DNA of 64,000 nucleotides from Candidatus Hydrogenedentota bacterium. GTDB taxonomy: Bacteria; Hydrogenedentota; Hydrogenedentia; Hydrogenedentales; SLHB01. Positions 59,474-64,000 of the stretch are shown in pieces (the first letter of the stretch is position 1; each line of letters opens with the position of its first letter). The notes under the pieces are model-generated. The model was not told the DNA's origin and searched no databases. It saw only the letters and a program-made list of their open reading frames with translations. Both the position numbers and the translations under genes were made by a program. The stretch spans positions 357,207 through 421,206 of the forward strand of contig CAXXYE010000003.1 of NCBI GenBank assembly GCA_963674865.2, given 5' to 3'.

Positions 59474-62400
59474 CTACTCGGGCTTGGTTTTCTCGTACAG
59501 CTTCTTGACCTCCCCAGGCGTGAGAGGTACATCATAAACGCGCACGTCATCCAAGAGGCCCCGGACGAAGTAGACCTCGTCGCCCGCGGCGTAGCGCCCC
59601 ACCAGTAACGCGTTCTCGCTGGCCCGAGGGCGGCCCATCACGCGCTTGCGGCCGACCTCCTTACCGTTGAGGTAGATGCGCATGTTGTTAAATCCGAAAG
59701 TGGCGGCGATGTGCTGCCATTCGCCGGGAATCGGCCGGCCCGCGTCCAGTGTATCGACGCCCGCCATGTAGAACCGCACCTGGTGGTTGTAGATCTGTAG
59801 GAAGTACCCGGCCTCCTGCCACGCACCTTTGCAGAGCAGCACAGGCATGCCCTCCAGGTCGTCGAGATTCACCCAAAGGGAAAGCGTGAGCGCGTGATCC
59901 GGATCCCATTCAGGCTGAGGCGGCAGTTCAGCCCAGCCGCGGCCGCCCAAAGCAAGGCCGTTTTGCGTGAGTTGCGCAAGGCCCTCAAGGAAGGACTCGT
60001 CCTCGAATGAAAGGCGAACGAGGGGTTTGAGCGGCTCTGTCGAAGAAATGATGCCGATGCGCTTTGACGGCGGCCCGATTCGGCCGTCCGGTGTTACGGC
60101 CGCGACGGTATACGTATACGGCGTGCCCAGGGCAACCTGATCGGAAATCTGGAGGTAGTAGCCGTAATCCGCGTCGACATACGTCTCCTCGATGACCTCG
60201 TGCTTCTCGTTGAACTTGAGTATGTAATACTGCGCCGCCTGCGGCGCGTCGCTCTGCCAGCCCACCACGATCCGGTTGCCGTGTGTGCTCACGCGGACCT
60301 TCTCAGGCGGCTGCGGCAGCGGCAACTCCGGCACCCAAACCGGCACGGCGCTTGTCGCCGTCGCTCCCGTCATGATATTCCGCGCGACGACCGTGTAGTT
60401 CAGCGCGGCGCCCGAGAGCGGGGCCGTGTCTTCGAACCAGCCATCGCTCAGCGTTGCCAGCGTTTCCCCGCCGCGTGACACCGTGTACTGCTCGCCGGGG
60501 CGCGCGGCCCACGTAAGCCGCACGCTGTAGCGGCCGGGCGCCGCCTCGGCGTGCACCTCCACCGGCGTCGGCGAGGATGGTGCGGGCGCGGGCCTCGCGG
60601 ATATGGGTGGCGCGGGCAGTCGAAGCGCCGTCTGCGCATGGGACGGGAAGCCCGCCGGCCAGCTCCACGTCTTCCCGCGGCCGCCTCGCACGTCGACGCC
60701 GTACTCGATCCCGCCGGCCGGGCCTATCTCCGCTGGGAACGTGAGGGCGAGCGTGGTGCGCCCGAGCTGCGGCAGGTTGTGTTCAACAAACGTCTTCTCG
60801 CCGATAGCGCGGGCCTTGACCTCCCCGCGCAGCCGCCCCTTCGGAACAGTGGGGGCGATCACGCGGTCGGGCAGCACATGAATGGCCGCGCTCTTCTCGA
60901 ATCGCTCCGGCAAGGCCTCCAACTCGGCCAGTGCCTCTGCGTCCAGGCCGCTCCGTTGGCGAAGGTCGGCCCACGCCTTGCAGTTCATCGTAGCCAGCAC
61001 GCCAAGCTCACCCTTGTTGCGTATGAGTCCCGCGTACGCATGCATCGCATCGGCCAGGCCGGAATTGCGGATGTGCTCGACAATCGCTTCGGGCTCGCCC
61101 TTCTCGATTAGGGGGTCAAGAGGGCCGCCCGGAACCAGTCCCGCCGCGGCGCGGTCGAAGGCCAGGACATAGGCGATGCGGTTGTACAAATCGGCCAGCG
61201 CGAGATCGTGCGGCGTATTCCCGGAGGCGGCCAGCAGGGCGTCGATGGGGCGCAATAGCACGTCTGCGCCCGGAATGCCCGCGAAGGGCCGCCGCAGAAG
61301 TCCAGCGTCCGGCTTCAATTCCGCGCGAATCTCTCCAAGGATGCGGAACAACGCCACCCGATTCGCCTCATCCCCCACGCTCCAGGTAAATGATCCGCAC
61401 TCCTGCTGCCCCATCCCGCCGACCCAGCGGTAACCGAGTTTTTCCAGACGAATGAGGAGATCGCTGCCCCACGCCGCCCGTTCGGAACCGAACAGATCCA
61501 GGGCGCGGCGCGCGTAATAGTCCTCGACCGTTGCCTTCGGATTCCACGCGAACCGGGCGCAATAGGTCGCCGTGTCCTCGACGGCCCGAGTCCGCCAGTG
61601 GATACCGAGCATGCCTTGGCACCCCTTGTCGAGGGCGTCCAGGCAGGCCCCCGCCGTGGGATAGAGGTTGGGCTGGGGCATCCATTGATCGCCGTCGCAC
61701 TCAAACCACAGAATCGGCCAGCGCTGCCGTTCCGGGGACAAGGCGGCGTAGGCGGCGCTGACCTCGGGTGTCACGCGGAAGTTATCGAGTGCGGCGAAGA
61801 CGATATCTTTGGGGAGCACCTTATCGAGGCAGGGGTAGAAATCCGTGAAATGGAGCCACTCGTCTCCGCCCCAGCCGCTTAACACGAGCGTGGTGTCCGG
61901 GCCGACGGCCGTAAGGACCTGATGGGCCTGCAAGGCGAACAGGGCCATGCGCACGGCCTCGCCTCGCTTAGCCGGGTCCTCGATGGACTCAAACGCGCCC
62001 GCCCAGCGTTGAGCGTATGCGTCCCAAAGACTGCGGTTCAGCGGCTCGTCCCCTGGATTGTCCGCCATGCCCTCAGGCTCCCAGAGCCAGACATAGTCCA
62101 GCATCGGGTAGGCTTCGAGCAGGGCCTTGAGCCGGGCCTCCAGGTGCTGCTGCGTGGCGGCGTTCAACGGGTCGCCGCTAACCTCGAAGCCCATGCATGT
62201 CCTCAGCCCGCGGCTTTTCGCATATGCCAGCGCGTCCCGCAAAACCTCCTGCGCCGCGCGAATGGAGGCCTCGGAATCCTCGACAAACGAACTTGCCGCG
62301 CCGAAATGCTCGCGAGCGAAATACCGGCCCGTCCCGGCAAAGAAATGGCGCGCCGCCAGGGGCTCGGTGCTCCAGACGGCTTTGCTGGTATTGCCCAAAG

Positions 62401-63076
62401 GCGCCCCGCCGACGAGGCGGCCCTCCCATTCATAGGCCGCGAAGGGCTCGGAGTCGTAGCTATGAAAGCCCACGAAATTGCACCGCATCCGGGCAAGCTG
62501 ATCGATGTAGGCCTTGAAATCTTCAGGTTCCCAGGTTGTCGGGCTGTTCAAGAAGTTGAACCAAGGCAACGTGCCCCGCACCTCGAAGGCCGGCGAGTTT
62601 GACTTGTGAAAGTGGGGCCCCTCCGGCGTGGTGAGGTCGGGCAGCGTCTTGGGCATTGTCTCCCCGCCGAGGTAGAAGCCAAATCCAAGCGATTCCAGAA
62701 AGGCATACATCCCGTTCTGGACACCTTCGGGAATGCTCCCGCCGATGACGATCACGCTGTTTGCTAAGTCCAACGAATGGAGGAGGTATCCGTCCCCCTC
62801 GGGCGGCTCAAGGCCGAAGGGCCATTCCGTGCCTGTGTCCGGCAGGCTGTCGGGAGTCCCGAGCACGATGGCCGGGCTTCCCGGCGCGACGGTGTCCAGT
62901 GTCTGGATGGCAGGCAAGTCCCCGCTCACCGCATAGAGACACCGCTGCAGCTCCATGGCCGCGGCGTGCTCAATCTGCGTGGCCTCAGGTCCCAGGCAGA
63001 TGGCCGGGGCCGCGGCCGCGCCCGCCGCGACAACGGCCGCCAGGATAATGGACGAGGCGAGACAGCGAAAAGCCAT
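59474..63076 (-). CDS. Large exported multidomain glycoside-hydrolase-like protein with FN3-like and LamG domains
   Basis: Signal peptide; GH20/GH67-type N-domain (HAAAMELQRCL, DGYLL, SPAFEVRG); catalytic-like barrel (IHWRTR); FN3-like segments; LamG (GEWQHIAATF..MRIYLNG..GLLDDVRVY). Confidence 0.7.
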   Translation of the reverse strand: MAFRCLASSIILAAVVAAGAAAAPAICLGPEATQIEHAAAMELQRCLYAVSGDLPAIQTLDTVAPGSPAIVLGTPDSLPDTGTEWPFGLEPPEGDGYLLHSLDLANSVIVIGGSIPEGVQNGMYAFLESLGFGFYLGGETMPKTLPDLTTPEGPHFHKSNSPAFEVRGTLPWFNFLNSPTTWEPEDFKAYIDQLARMRCNFVGFHSYDSEPFAAYEWEGRLVGGAPLGNTSKAVWSTEPLAARHFFAGTGRYFAREHFGAASSFVEDSEASIRAAQEVLRDALAYAKSRGLRTCMGFEVSGDPLNAATQQHLEARLKALLEAYPMLDYVWLWEPEGMADNPGDEPLNRSLWDAYAQRWAGAFESIEDPAKRGEAVRMALFALQAHQVLTAVGPDTTLVLSGWGGDEWLHFTDFYPCLDKVLPKDIVFAALDNFRVTPEVSAAYAALSPERQRWPILWFECDGDQWMPQPNLYPTAGACLDALDKGCQGMLGIHWRTRAVEDTATYCARFAWNPKATVEDYYARRALDLFGSERAAWGSDLLIRLEKLGYRWVGGMGQQECGSFTWSVGDEANRVALFRILGEIRAELKPDAGLLRRPFAGIPGADVLLRPIDALLAASGNTPHDLALADLYNRIAYVLAFDRAAAGLVPGGPLDPLIEKGEPEAIVEHIRNSGLADAMHAYAGLIRNKGELGVLATMNCKAWADLRQRSGLDAEALAELEALPERFEKSAAIHVLPDRVIAPTVPKGRLRGEVKARAIGEKTFVEHNLPQLGRTTLALTFPAEIGPAGGIEYGVDVRGGRGKTWSWPAGFPSHAQTALRLPAPPISARPAPAPSSPTPVEVHAEAAPGRYSVRLTWAARPGEQYTVSRGGETLATLSDGWFEDTAPLSGAALNYTVVARNIMTGATATSAVPVWVPELPLPQPPEKVRVSTHGNRIVVGWQSDAPQAAQYYILKFNEKHEVIEETYVDADYGYYLQISDQVALGTPYTYTVAAVTPDGRIGPPSKRIGIISSTEPLKPLVRLSFEDESFLEGLAQLTQNGLALGGRGWAELPPQPEWDPDHALTLSLWVNLDDLEGMPVLLCKGAWQEAGYFLQIYNHQVRFYMAGVDTLDAGRPIPGEWQHIAATFGFNNMRIYLNGKEVGRKRVMGRPRASENALLVGRYAAGDEVYFVRGLLDDVRVYDVPLTPGEVKKLYEKTKPE

Positions 63077-63226
63077 TCGTCTTCCCTCTCAAGTTTGGTC
63101 GGAATAGGAACCACCCACACCCCGCTAGTGTAACCCAAGGCGCCCTCCAGACAAAATGCCCCGTTGCGATACACCGGCATTGCCGCACAAGTCGACGGCG
63201 CCGTGCGGGCGTGATCGAGTCCAGCC

Positions 63227-63244
63227 CTGAGTACTCCCCAGTTT
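63227..63244. mobile_element. Probable IS terminal inverted repeat
   Basis: CTGAGTACTCCCCAGTTT lies 4 bp past the transposase stop and resembles IS10-type ends (CTGA...TCCCC). Confidence 0.6.
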
Positions 63245-63248
63245 GGTT

Positions 63249-64000
63249 CTATGTAGGTGCGTAGACCAATCTAGCGATGGCCATAGCAACGGTGGTTCGT
63301 CCGATGAATTCGATGAAGTGGTTTCCTGTGGCGGCGAGGGAGAGGGCTCTGTTCTCGGCGGTGTTTGCTTTGAGTTGTTCGCCGAAGTCTTTGGTTTCGG
63401 CGAAGGCGCCGAAGGCGCACAGAAGAATGAAGGCAAGCATGACGATGATGAAGTGCACAGCGGTGCGCTGGCGGGAGGTGAGTTTCACTTCGTCCATGCC
63501 GAGCCCCCATTTGCGGTTCTTCAGATCTCGAAACATCATTTCAGTCCACCAGCGCTTCGCGTAGATGGATGTGATGGCCCGGGCCTCGCGATCTTCAATG
63601 TTTGTAATGAGATACCACGGCTCGTCGGCCTCCCAACCGAAGACGGTGACCAGCCGAAAGGGCGTCTTGTTGTCGGCGTCCTTTTCTCCCATCGTGCCCC
63701 AGCCCCAGTCTTTGGGGCGATAGCCTCGCCGTATCCCCAGTTCGGGGAGGGTGCCGATGTGGTGCTCGGTTTCGACCCAATGATTCTTGGACAGACGCTG
63801 CACAAAGCACCATCCCCAGTTTGTGACATCGCGTATCCAGCGCTCGTTTCCGAAGCCCCGGTCGGCCACGATAATCGGAGTCACGCCGGGCGGACACATG
63901 GCGTGCAGGTCTCGCAGAATCTCTCGTTCAGCTTGGATGAGAGCCCCTTCACTTTCCGTCCCGAATTTGGTCGAATCGATGGAGATGGCGTGGAACGGCA
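63249..64000 (-). mobile_element. IS4-family DDE transposase, 5'-truncated by window edge
   Basis: IIVADRGFG, FVQRL, EPWYLITN, YAKRWWTEMMFRDLK (YREK motif). Frame stays open to 64000. Confidence 0.88.

Overview
High-GC bacterial chromosomal segment. The gene content (many secreted glycan-active proteins, sulfatase-fold proteins, PVC-style REP hairpins) suggests an anaerobic, possibly uncultured lineage such as Ca. Hydrogenedentota; this is inference only. Left to right: a GH29 fucosidase 3' end; a nitrogen-assimilation block (NifA-like sigma-54 activator, glnA, gltB, gltD) with a clear sigma-54 promoter and a recurring ACTAC-N6-GTAGT palindrome; a convergent block of HTH-EIIA, EIIA fused to a PII-like domain, CPA2 antiporter and SSS symporter; an MFS transporter, fused NfnAB and an Fe-S aldo/keto reductase; a ~3.2-kb lower-GC cassette (Cys-rich secreted protein, LolA-like anchored protein, DUF1573 lipoprotein) bracketed by a 171-bp duplication of the 3' end of a neighbouring gene; a surface-glycan cluster; GH38-like, GT2-TPR and flgM with a sigma-28 promoter; metabolic genes (Fe-ADH, Gfo/Idh/MocA, DegT, dapL, G1PDH-like, YyaL-like, dsbD, cysE, orphan glycyl-radical activase, enolase-superfamily enzyme); a 1200-aa multidomain GH-like protein; and a partial IS4-family transposase. 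A ~127-bp repeat with co-varying inverted arms occurs three times, each time directly after a stop codon. No rRNA, tRNA, CRISPR array, reverse transcriptase or integrase was recognised. All family calls are from motif recognition by eye, not database searches.
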